Part shown: one piece after another, positions 50,700-62,003 of the stretch
Position numbering within the stretch: the first letter of the stretch is position 1
Layout: each line of letters begins with the position of its first letter
DNA from: Takakia lepidozioides
Taxonomy: Eukaryota > Plantae > Bryophyta
Direction of reading: 5' to 3'
Assembly: GCA_030704615.1 (NCBI GenBank)
Contig: CM060731.1
Coordinates: 4,836,001-4,900,000, forward strand
DNA length: 64,000 nucleotides
The notes under the pieces: generated by a model
Database searches by the model: none
Told to the model about the DNA's origin: nothing
The model's input: the letters and a program-made list of their open reading frames with translations, nothing else
Translations under genes and position numbers: made by a program

Positions 50700-53600
50700 C
50701 CCGAAATAGCATACCCCAATGTAGAGAAGGGCTGACTGGGTAGGAAAGAGGGACTGAAGCGAACTTGCAAAACAAAGCAGAGAACGTGCACTGATGGTCG
50801 GAAATGTGCTGCCTGTAAGAAGAATAAGACACAGTTGTGGGAAGCAAAGGACCACAAAAATCAACGCAGGAAGGTAGACAATTAATAAACAATACTTTCT
50901 GTAGCCAATTGTATCCAATTTCACAATGTTTTACCAACTTTCCTGGCTCGTTTACACCGTCTGCGTGTGAGGGGAGCTGGATTGGTGGCCACAGGGAGGA
51001 CAGGGCTGCTGCAATCTCCAACTTTGCGTGGGGGTTTGGGCACTGCATATGGAGGCTCGTGCGATGGGTGACCGTCAAGCTCGTGCAAAATAATGTCTTG
51101 AAGTTCATACCTTTTCTCGCGCACGGCCTCAGTAGGGAACCAGTCTGATGTGAGCTGCAAAGAAAGAAGAACAAAGAATGCAAAAGCAAACAATGAACAA
51201 GCAATGATCATTGTTAGAAATTCATATAATTTTCGTAAGGATATTCATGTTCATTCTACCTGATACATGGATTCAACACATTGCGCAAGCACATGAACGT
51301 CCACAACTAAAACAGGCGGCAAATGATAATGTAAACCACGAGCAGCTGCCTCTTACCGGGCCTGCACCACCAGGTTGTGGATTCAAGTACATTTGCACTA
51401 AGTACAGCTCAATGTAATTAGCTACAAACAGACCACACTGCCATGTGTTGGCCTGATGTGGAACAGGCGGGCAGAACCACCGCTTGAGGTCAGTCGCATC
51501 CTTCCACTCGGAAGAGCAATATAGGATAACAATAGGAACTAACCCTCCTGGAATAAATCCCTTCCTCAATCCTTGTAATATAAAGAAGCACAGAATCGAC
51601 TTGATTTGCCTGCTTTGCACAATGATCGCGAAGGCATATCCATGTGAAGCTATCTACAACACGGATTTTATTGCACACATGTTCAGGAAGAGAAAGTATT
51701 TTAACTGACACCCAGTGGTCCATCAGACGATCACTAATCCACCCCCTTGCAGAGAGCAAGTCATCTGCATCTTCTAGTCTAAGAGGAACTTGCGAAACCC
51801 GAGAGCGCTTCAAAAACCATATGTCATGTGTTTTTGCCACCACTACACCACTGGCCCGCCTGCAAAAAAGGCACATACCTCATTGCTATGAGAATCCGCC
51901 CACATAATTATGCACATGCGGGCCACTTGCAAACTGTGGATGGAAGGTATACCATATCATGCATGAAAAAGGGTGCACAGGCGTCGCAACTCACAATACG
52001 TTTTCGAGGCCTTCATGTATCCTGCACATCCAGGAGCCCAATATGTCAATGCATGTGCAACATCGTACATACACCATTTCCAATCTGGAGAGGAGAGACC
52101 GTTAACATTAAAACCACAATGGCACTGGATACCTGGACATGGTTTTGTTGCGCTGCAATGCAAGTGCTGGTTGGGGCAGCGCATCCTTTGCCTTGGCAGC
52201 AACCATGGTATGGATGGGCTTGGGTTTGGCAAAGGTGGCAGTGGTTGCATTTTTATTCAATGCCCGGACGCTGCCATATACGTCACCAGGAAATCGTGTA
52301 GTAGCCTCTGTACTGTGAGGTGTATCAGCACCATCAAACAAGATGTGGTAAGGTCACATGGGCGAAGGCAGTGCGAGAACCATCACATTGGGGGTGGGAG
52401 GCTCTGTCCCATGTTTAAGCACTGAGTTAGCTGGGGTCACGGAAGATCTGACAGTGCTTACTACATGTACAATAGCACCCTCATCAGTGGGACATCGCAT
52501 ATTAAGGGGTGGTGGCTTTGGAACTCAGTTATGTCATAGAGGGTTTGTTCTGAAGTGAAAGAGGCCACAGGGGGAGGCGGTCGACACAATTCAGGAAATA
52601 CCTGAGTGGCGCTTAGTTCCATTTCAAGTTGAGTCATGGGACCCGGTTGTGGGCACTGTATGTCGCCACAAGTTTCTTCAGCAAGCAGGATCGTTTGGGC
52701 CTGAGGGAGGACAGGATCCGACAGCACATGTTCTACCACGACATTGTTGGTCTCATCAGAAGGTGTGGAATTGCATGCCATGTTAGCGGCCAAAATGAGT
52801 GCCCCCATGTTTGTATTTGTACTTAGGTGAACGAGTGCGCTTGACTGCGGTTCAGGGACAGCCGCCTCCTTATGTCCACACTTGGCATTGCAGAAACGTG
52901 CCTCATCCCTTGCAAGCCTCTCAATGTGGACCTCATGGAGGATTTGTCGGGCAGCCTCAAGTTTGTCATGTAGGCTGGATTCCCCGTAGTCAAGACAGCC
53001 TGCACACCAACATCCGCATTGTGAAAATGTGGCCGTGACAAGAAATGAAATGAGAACAACACCAGGGACATTGTTAAGAACCACCAGGAACTAAAATGCA
53101 GTAGCACGAACCGTGGTAAGGGAAATACACACCTGGTGGACAAGGAAGCCAGCCCATGTCGACATCCTCCCGATGCCTCAAAATGACATTGAAGTCCTTC
53201 AAGGCTTTTTTCTTGGCCCCTGCACCATCAGTTGGTATACTGCCACACCACAATATTCTGAAGGCAATAGGATTCAGAACGGCGAGGTCACGCACAGCCC
53301 TGCATCAGACCTCGCGCATCAAACCATGCAGATCTTCAAAAAGGTGTTCGCAGTCCTCTTTCCGCACTCCCCGAAGGGCTGCAAGTCCTTCACACACCTG
53401 GGTTCGGGCTTCCTCGTATGGGGGCATGCCTCCATACAGGAAGTATCCAATCTCCAGGAAATTCTCACCCGCATTTGTAATGGCATACTGGCCATCTTCT
53501 GTGTTGAAAAGATGATTTCGCAGAGTTAACAAGATGGAGTTTCGGGGAATTGAAATAGGTTTCATGTTGTGAACGTGAGACATCCAAACCTGACGAAACA

Positions 53601-55337
53601 CCCTGCTGAAAAGCGGAATGTTTGGAGGTGGAGCATGGTGGCGAGCAGCCTCAAGAATGACCATCAACCTATCAGATTCATCCTCAGAATGTGTGAACAT
53701 ATCGGGGGGCAACTCAGGGATCTCACCTACTGCAACAATTTGGTACAGAGGGGACCAACCCCAGATTCCCTCCTGTTTCTCATCTTATTGTTCTCTATCC
53801 CATTTTGCCATGTTATTGTCAACAAACTGCCTTCTACGATCCTCCAACTCAGAGTGGGCTGCAACTCCTTTCATTTCGAAATCCAGCAATGCCATGGCAT
53901 ACTTGTGATGTGCCATCACCAGTTGGCATTCCGCCAAGTGAGCGGGATGGTCACGAGTTACTCCAGGATGTATGGCAAATAGCTCCACCACATTTTCCAC
54001 AGCTGTCTTCTCCTCTGGAGGTGCATCAAACTGCTCCCCCGCCATTGCAGAGTCATGGAGCTGGTTAGTAATAGAGGAAGACTAACCAAAAACCCTAAAC
54101 TTGAAAGGCAACTGCAAACAAAATGGAAAGACACGCATCATCAAAGAATGAGTTGTGACCATGAAGGCCAAGAAGAAGGTGTGTTACCCGTCGTTTAAGC
54201 CACCATTGACCAAAAGCGTTGCCCATCATTTGGTCCCCGAACTCAAATTTCCCAATAAGAGCCACAAGACGATTGAGAAAAGAAGGCTCGTCCAGAGATG
54301 GAAATCCGTCGGGCAACAAGTCGAACTTCATTGGATAGGTCAGTCCTGGGCATGAAACAGGTGCGGGTATGGGAGACACAACAATATCCGAAGTCAGTAG
54401 CAAGGACGCCTTGACAAAGCCTTCCCTGACCTCTTCTCTACTTAGTGGTGCATGGGGTGTGGACTTCAGAATGCGCACTGGAGGTCTGCCCTCTTGTCTA
54501 CCTGAAGATGCAACTCCAACGTGCACTTCGGGTCGAAGACTTTGCTGTGGCACGGCAGGAGGTCCTACAGACGTAGACTTGACAATGCACTCAGATGGAA
54601 GACTTTCCTCCTAATCATGTTAACCCCCTGCTGTAGACTTATATTTAAGGTGTTTCTTACCCCCCCTATGTATGTATAATGTTGTACATGGGGGGGTTAA
54701 AAATACCCCCTCCTGTGCACGCACGTGGCTGGTACAGGTTGGCTGGGGTGCACCCCCCAGGACTTTCCTGTGATGGCAGAGGTGCATCCAATGAGTCCTT
54801 TTGAATGCGCTGAGGTCTAACAGTCTATTGTGGCAGCGCAAGTGGTGCGTCCAACAACTGGAAATCGTCATCGTCATCATCATCGTCAAGGTCCACTCCC
54901 GGCTCCTTCCGAAGACTCATGTGCTTCCTGCGCTTAGGTTCTCGTGTAGTCTCTTCTGCTATCGTCTCCTCGCGTTCTACCCTCGTCTTCATCAACCTGT
55001 AGGAAGGAGGCTTCATCCCGTGCTTACTAAGAACAGCCTCCATGATGGGCCTTTGCCCCTTTTCAAAAACAGGGTACATTTTCAGTTTAGGCCCACCCTT
55101 TCCCACAGGAGCATCACAACCATTTATCCTGTGAATGTTAAGTTTCTTCTTATCTTTATATTGCTTAAGACAGTGGATACACTTGAATGGCTTCCTATTA
55201 TCATCACCGGACTGCTCAACCCTTGCCTCTGAGTGAGCCTCACATATGAGATTTTCCCACTCATCAGAGTCGTACGTTTCATTGTACGTCCGACGCGCTT
55301 CGCGCATGGAGGATTGTTTCACCATATCAGCGCCCAC
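50700..55337 (-). pseudogene. Multi-exon accessory gene: N-terminal C2HC/C2H2 zinc finger, Cys-rich region, C-terminal Ulp1/C48 (SUMO) protease-like domain
   Basis: FKCIHCLKQYKDKKKLNIHRINGC; RGWISDRLMD..IRVVDSFTW; PPVPHQANTWQCGLFVANYI (C48 Gln/Cys motif). The catalytic His-Trp segment is not seen. Confidence 0.7.
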
Positions 55338-55924
55338 TCCAAATCCACTACCCTCCTTCTGAAGAATCCTCTAGCAGAGCAAAGATTGCTGGAATGTGAA
55401 AGCAAGAACTCACACAAAAACATGAAGCACACAAATGGACTGCAACAGACAGAAATGGCAAGCAAGAGGAAGAAAATAGCTGCAAATCACACGAATGACT
55501 TCCAAATTCTCCAAAAAGAAACCCTATACTCAAGTCGAATGAGTAATCGCTTCACCGCCACAGCTCCGTCAACAGTTTATAACAGTCGCGATGCATACGG
55601 TGCAAGGAAGTGCTTGTAACACCGCTTCCACCGGGATCATACATTTCGGGCCATGCAAACGCCAGGAAGCTTGGAAAACCTGTCCTGTGGCTGCCATGAA
55701 CTAAATCAATCAAAGCATCGACGTGGGGAGTGACAGCTGAGGGGCCACATTCGAATCGACAGGTCCACCATGTGCGTGCGAACTGGACGCGAAAAACACG
55801 AAAGCATGATCATCGCGATCTCCCTACGGCTATATATGAGTATGTGTCACATCTTGTCATGGGTGATTGCAGCACATGGATCATGTTACATCCCATCCAT
55901 CCGAGTCATGTGCTAATGCCGTGC

Positions 55925-56159
55925 GCGATGTTGGGTTGTGGTGACAGGTGTCATGTGCCACAAAGTTCATGTGGTGTGGTGACGGCCGGCGGGCGGGCAG
56001 GGGGGGGGGGAGGGGTGGGGTGGCGCAGGCGAGGGGGCGCAACGACCGCGAGCCGCGCAGGAGCCGGCGAAGGGGGTGCGGCTGGGTTTGCGGGGGGTGC
56101 CACGCAGGCAGGACCGAAGGGGTCGCATTAAACTCCCGGGTCTTTTCTAATGTGCGCCG
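55925..56159 (-). repeat. Right terminal inverted repeat of the giant element (~235 bp)
   Basis: Reverse complement of 3066-3287; followed by TSD GAACAAA. Confidence 0.92.
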
Positions 56160-56357
56160 GAACAAACTGTCACCTCTTTCAAAAGCACATAAGCCAGAAA
56201 TGCAGCGGGTAGCAATAAACTCTTCCATTTTCTGTAAGGATGTGACGTCGATATCTGCTCCTTCCACGCCGATAGTAACACTTGCCTCTATGAACTTCTC
56301 TGCACCCTTCGCCACCTTGCCTTTCCCTCTTGCAGCCACTTTGATCCTACCTGCCAT
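56160..56357 (-). pseudogene. Replitron HUH transposase, N-terminal part
   Basis: MAGRIKVAARGKGKVAKGAEKFIEASVTIGVEGADID..RCISGLCAFERGDSLF; joins in frame to YLHLQ at 3058. Confidence 0.85.
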
Positions 56358-57361
56358 ACTTGGCCCGACCCCCAACATAGAAAACAACTACTCACGCTGG
56401 CTCTGGCTCTCAAACCACTGGTGAGACACGCTACTAGTGCCTGTGCCAGCATGTTGAAGACACAAGTTACAAGCAACTAGTGAGTTGCTTCTCATGGACC
56501 AACATACTAGTAGAAGTATCTAGAAACTGGAACTATGTAGAAAGTCAATTAGAACTAGAACTATATAGAAAGCCCACGCTAGAAAGTCAATCCTTAATTT
56601 TTGGACCCTTCATTTCATTAATTAATACAGGTGGCCTTATTACATTGGCCCCCTCTTTTAACTCCTGGACCACGCTAATTCCTGGACCACTCTAGAATTA
56701 ACCGGGCCCAAATGAAACTGCTTTACATATCATATTAGCAACATTTGTAAGGTTCACATTTCTGGTGGGTGGGTAGCTTGGTTTCACTGTCCAAAGGTAA
56801 GAAATTTAAAGGGCAAAAAAATTATCAGTAGGATAGATATAATTTTTAGGATAATTAGCTAATTTTAGGAGATAAGATAGAGTTTTTTCTTAAATAATTT
56901 TTACAGAAAGGGGGGGTTGTAGCCCTGATTAATTTTATTATAAATTATTGGGGGATAAAAAATAAAACCCCTGATACACCATAGAGTTAAACCTCGACTG
57001 CTGCTATTGGCATTTTAGGGCTAGACCATTTTCCTTGTGTTGTGTTGGTTGTGCGTCCACCACGGTCTCTTCTGTTCCCTCGCGGTTCAGATTATCATGT
57101 TTGAGAAGTCGCACCGAGGAATGCTTTGACTGCCTCAGCAATGCCCCTCCGCGTCGGTGAGTACATGAGAGAAGTAATCAATCGATTTAGGCATGGGACA
57201 TAATCAGCATTGGGACGGAGTTCGTAACGGATTTGAATGATACGTACGTGATTGATGATGTCCAGGTTTAGCTGCCCTGCTTATGGAGATATTTTGCAAC
57301 GTGTATTGGAGCTGGTGAGACAAGAGAGGCATGAAATGAAATTGAGAGAGACCGGATTTTT

Positions 57362-59913
57362 ATGGCAGGTGACAAGGAAGTACAGACGAGGAAGGAAAGA
57401 AGGAAAGATGCTCGGCACGCCAAGCTGCAGCAGCGTCTCCACTCGTGGGCAGCCCATCAGGTCTCGTCTTGATCCCTTACTCTAGAGCTTTGAGTTTGTC
57501 TCTATGAGTAATGGTGTTGAATAAAGGGCGAGGGGAATATCTGAGATTAAAAAATCAGATGCAACCAGCTCTTTGGCACGTCTGGATCTTGTGGGAGGTC
57601 CATTTGGAACTGGCAATCGTAGGCATCTTCTTAAAGCATCAATTGAATATTGAACAGGAATTAGGTGTGTCAGGGTTCAGGGTTTATGTAATTGTGCCCA
57701 TAATAAGTTTTTTCCGGCAGCCAAAATGTAGTTCCTAAGGCTTCGGAATCTGTCATTCATTTGAGAGTTGAAATGCTTCCTGACACAGTCTTGGCCTGTT
57801 TACAGTCCTAGTTTGAAGGATTATGGTAACACGGTGCTCGGTGACCTTTGCTATGGCTTTGCAGACATTTGGCTGGAAGCTGAATGCCACTAGTGTAGCC
57901 TTTCATGAGATCCATAATCTATGATGAAGTCACGTTGAAATTTACTTTCTGAAGGATTCAGATGTGCCATACTCTTTAATTTGCGGGCGACACTTTACAC
58001 CTGGTATGTTGAACTGCATGTAGGCTGGCAAAAGACGCCGAGCACAGAAGCTAGCTTTAGAGGGAGAACTGCTATCAACGACTTCCTTCAAATCAGAGCA
58101 GGATTCTGAGGTGAAGACATTAGTACCTGTTACAGACAAAGACAAGGATTGTGGAGGTGAAAGGCATGACAAGAAAAGAGGACGGAAAGTTGTGTCAAAG
58201 GTAAAGAGGCCGCGGACCAAGTTTGAAGAGTATCTGGAGATTGACAGACAAAAGACAGCATCTGCAACGGCAGAAGAGGATCTTGCCCTTGAACAAAGAC
58301 TAGCTAAAAAACTGAAGGTAAAGGGGGGCAAGCTGAGGGGTCCATTCGATGGACTGAATGACATTTTGGATGGAATTGATTCACCATTGGGGCCTGTCGA
58401 GATTGAACCAGGATCAGAGGAAGACACTGTAGAGAGACATGTGGGGATCCTTAATGTGAATTCCAAGAAGAGACTATTAGGGCAACAGTTGGATCCTTTG
58501 GAGACAAAGAAGCGAGGGAAGGGGAATTCAAAGATTTTAGTTGAGGAAGTGGGGGGCTCTAAAGCTGAGTCACCAGGCAGCCATGACGAGGCAGAGAGTG
58601 ACAGCTCGGTGCAATATTTATTCGCAGATGTTAAGGGAGAAAGGGAGGAGAGCAATGAGATTTCTGATACTAACGCAGACAGTGAGGTGGACGGTAAGGA
58701 CATGGATTTTGAACATGTGGATGATGCCAAGGTGGAGGAACGTTTGACAGGAGGGGCTGTGGAGGGGGGGAAAGAAGGACGGAGGCCTTCTAAGCCAAAA
58801 GATGGGATAAGGGCGGAGGGACCAGACATCACTAAGATGGTGAATGTGGAAGGGGCGGCTGTGAAGTATGTTCCTCCTCACCTGAGAGAGAGGGCAGGCA
58901 GTGATTCAGGAGACATGGCCCGTGTACAACGCCGTGTAAGAGGTGCAATTCTTTGAAACGAATGTACTTTTCCTCCCACTTATGTGTTTGCGATAACATT
59001 ATTTGGCAGATGAGGTGGTTGGGTACACCATATCATTTGTACTGAGAACTGTAAAGTTACAAGTGAAATGACTCTTGGAAAGAGGGACAGTCAGCATGGA
59101 CAGGACTTTGAATGGCTCGCCCCTGTGATTTGTATCTCTCACAGCTGTGGGTCTGTTGTGGAACAGGTCTTTTGAACAGAATGTCAGAGGCAAATTTGGA
59201 ATCAATTGCATCAGACATCTCATCTCTTTCTCAGGTGCGTACCTGCATCGCTGTCCTGCTGTCTTTGATAATGGTACTTTTGGTTCAACTGCCTGCTCAA
59301 GAGGAAACCTTAAAGTGTGGTTTTGTGTGAAGAAATTTAAAATTTAACGACCTCCACAGGGTGCTCATGGCACAAAGTAGAACAAGACTCAAAATGCTCC
59401 CACAGACGGTGTACTTTACGCAGGCTATGAGAGAGAGGGAGGAACAAGGGAAGAATATTTGATGTGTGTGGAAGAGATGCCATTCAATCCCTATCTCCTT
59501 GGTAGATTGTGATATTGGAACTTAGGCTTTCTGCCAATTGGCACTGGCAGGGATACAGACGGCGCATGGTGATGGACATTGTAACAAATGAGATCATTGG
59601 AGCTTGTTGTGGAGGTCCTCGCGGAAATGATCAGTGTGTCTTTCTTCCTTATTTCCTTTCCTTGTCAAGTCCCTCTGAAATCATTCTGGGTCTTTTAACA
59701 CCCAAGGAGATCATGTTTTGAAATAATAAACTGGACTAACTGATCATTCTAGCCCGTCTTCTCAACAGATTCAAGACTTAAAGCATATGTTAAGCCTATG
59801 TTTGATTACACAGATATGCGGCAGTTTTTGCCGCCTTTGTTGCGGGGACTGCAGCAATGGTGGGAATCGATTTTGGGGCCAAGTTCCTGGCTTCCCTTGC
59901 AACAGCTTTTGAG
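57362..59913 (+). CDS. NOM1: Nucleolar MIF4G domain-containing protein 1 (NOM1/Sgd1-like), first five exons; gene continues beyond the window
   Basis: GT-AG exons 57362-57460, 58024-58942, 59167-59234, 59551-59633 and 59814-59913 splice in frame: RKERRK..; EEDLALEQRLAKKLKVKGGKL; KYVPPHLR..RRVRGLLNRMSEANLESI; CGGPRGNDQYAAVFAAFVAG..GIDFGAKFLASLA. Confidence 0.92.
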
Positions 59914-62003
59914 GTATTCCCAACGACAGCCTCTCTTTCTTTGATCTGGGAAGGAACTTTCCAGCATGCTTACCTTATTGATCACCTTTAGTCACAAGTG
60001 CAAGTTTTTCAAAGAGGGAGGTGGTCTTCCCATTACTGGTTGAGGGAACTAGTCATTGTGTTTGTGATCCAATTTGGGTGCTGATTTGAATCCGAGTTCA
60101 GGCTGTGGCCTAGCTAAGCAGGGAGGGTGTGAATGGGGCATGACAGGACCAATATATGAAGGCAGACAGTCTTGCTCTAAGGAATCTTTCTTTGCTGTTT
60201 TCACATCTCTACTCCTTTGGTCTTCTTCCAAGGTTGGTCCTTAGTAATTACCTGATATCCTCATCGAGTTTCTGATGTCTACATGTACCCGTGAGGGGCA
60301 TTGTCCCCACTAGATTCCAGTCCTCCTGATGCCTGTCTTCGGTTTAACCTGCTGAATATGAAACATAACCTGACATCACAATAATACTGATAGGTTTACA
60401 GGGATGGCGTTTTGAGCTGAAAAGTGATGTTGGTGTCTCGCAAGGAACATGCTGTGCCTCCGGCATTGCTTCTGTAGTCCTCTACTTTATGAGAGTTGGG
60501 GAGTTCTGCTGTGATTGTTCCACAGAGGAAGTACAGGAGTATACAGTCCTTATGAAGCACAGATGGGACACATGGCAGCTGTCATTGCACATTGAGTCAC
60601 ACTGGGGAGAGAGAGAGAGATAGGGCTTGTCTTGTCATGACAAGAAGGATCTGTCTTTGCTAGACCAGACCATTTTGTATTTTTTCAAAAACAAAAACAA
60701 AATTACATCCTTGTTACCAAGGCACCATCACCCTTCTCCTAAACCACAGTCTTGTTCCTGATTTGTTTCACACTTCTGGGTGATTGGGGTGGGTGGTGGG
60801 GTTTGCTAGAAACCCTTCAAAAAGCCACCTTTCTTCATATTGACAGACTTCATACTGAACAATATTCATATGCACTGTGCTGTCAGACTGGGTTTCCCAG
60901 AAAACCAAAATTCGTGCTTTTTAGCATGTGGACTGTAGGTCAGTGACCTCCAAGTCAGCCTTAGCCTTTACTTAAGCAAACCAATGCTTGCTTAAACCAT
61001 AGAGATCTCTGCCCACAGTAAATGTCTGAGCATAGTACTTCTCTATGAGGATAATTTGGTTTCACCAAAATAGCGTCAACACATACTTCCCTGAAAATCA
61101 CATGTCAAAACTGAGACAAATCCAAGTAGTATTCAAAATGAAACCACTGAGATTGATCCAAGTCAAGACGGGTGTTCAGAACCCTCTGGTATCAGATCCA
61201 AGGGTAGATTACTTCCGTAAAATACTTCCCTCACAGAAATATGAGGCTGCCATCAAGCGTTGTGCCATTCGTCCTAGGCAGTGGCTGCCTCATGCGTTAG
61301 ATGATTTCCATCATCTATCCAACGTACTCTGTAGCAAAACTTACACATGTAGCTTAGAGACCCATGAAAGGTGAAGGACCCTCACCTGCGCCCGTCCCAA
61401 AACCACCACATCCAACAGAATGCGTGTTAGTGAGGATGCGCGAGGTGAGTAGCAGGTCGTCATGCTTGCTATCGCTGTCCAACATGCGGATCTAAGCAAG
61501 TGAAAGATTGTAATAGGAAAGTTGTGACATTGCACAGAACCTTGAAAGTTTGAGGCAGACCAGTCTATGACATTGTGCATATCCGTTCACGCAACAACAA
61601 GTAATTGCAAAGCATATGCAAGGACTGAGTGTAACTTCCTGTTCATGTCCACAAATGAGCCATGGCTTCCCTATAACTGAAGGCAAGGTTGCACTGAAAC
61701 CTTGCTGGCCGCAGCCCTATTGAAAATCTCTTGAAGGCAAAGCTCGGTGAGCGGTGTGCCCGACACTTTGCCTGTAGTTTCACGTAGCTACCATTTGTAC
61801 TCAAACAACTTTTGTAAATGAGTACTAAATTGCAGGGTAAGGGTTCTGACACCCTAAATTCAAACCAGCACATGGGCATTCAATAAATCTTACAAGGCCC
61901 TGGGCAGGGAATGAGTTTTGCAGCAAATGTCTACTTGTCATTTTCAGGACATCCATAGGAAAAAGTCACTTTATTCCACCTGAAATATTCTACGCAAGAT
62001 TAA

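Larger units (their letters stand above)
3066..56159. mobile_element. Giant composite TIR DNA transposon (Mutator-like, 53,094 bp including nested insertions; core ~17 kb)
   Basis: Long TIRs start CGGCGCACATTAGAAAAG at 3066 and end CTTTTCTAATGTGCGCCG at 56159. An exact 7-bp TSD GAACAAA lies at 3059-3065 and 56160-56166. Removing the element restores the replitron reading frame. Confidence 0.92.

Noticed and set aside
56660-56692. CCTGGACCAC direct repeat as the replitron terminus
   Set aside because: No matching copy identified at the other end (~1400-2300); the termini cannot be fixed from one copy.
57942-58832. 296-aa minus-strand ORF
   Set aside because: Antisense shadow of NOM1 exon 2.
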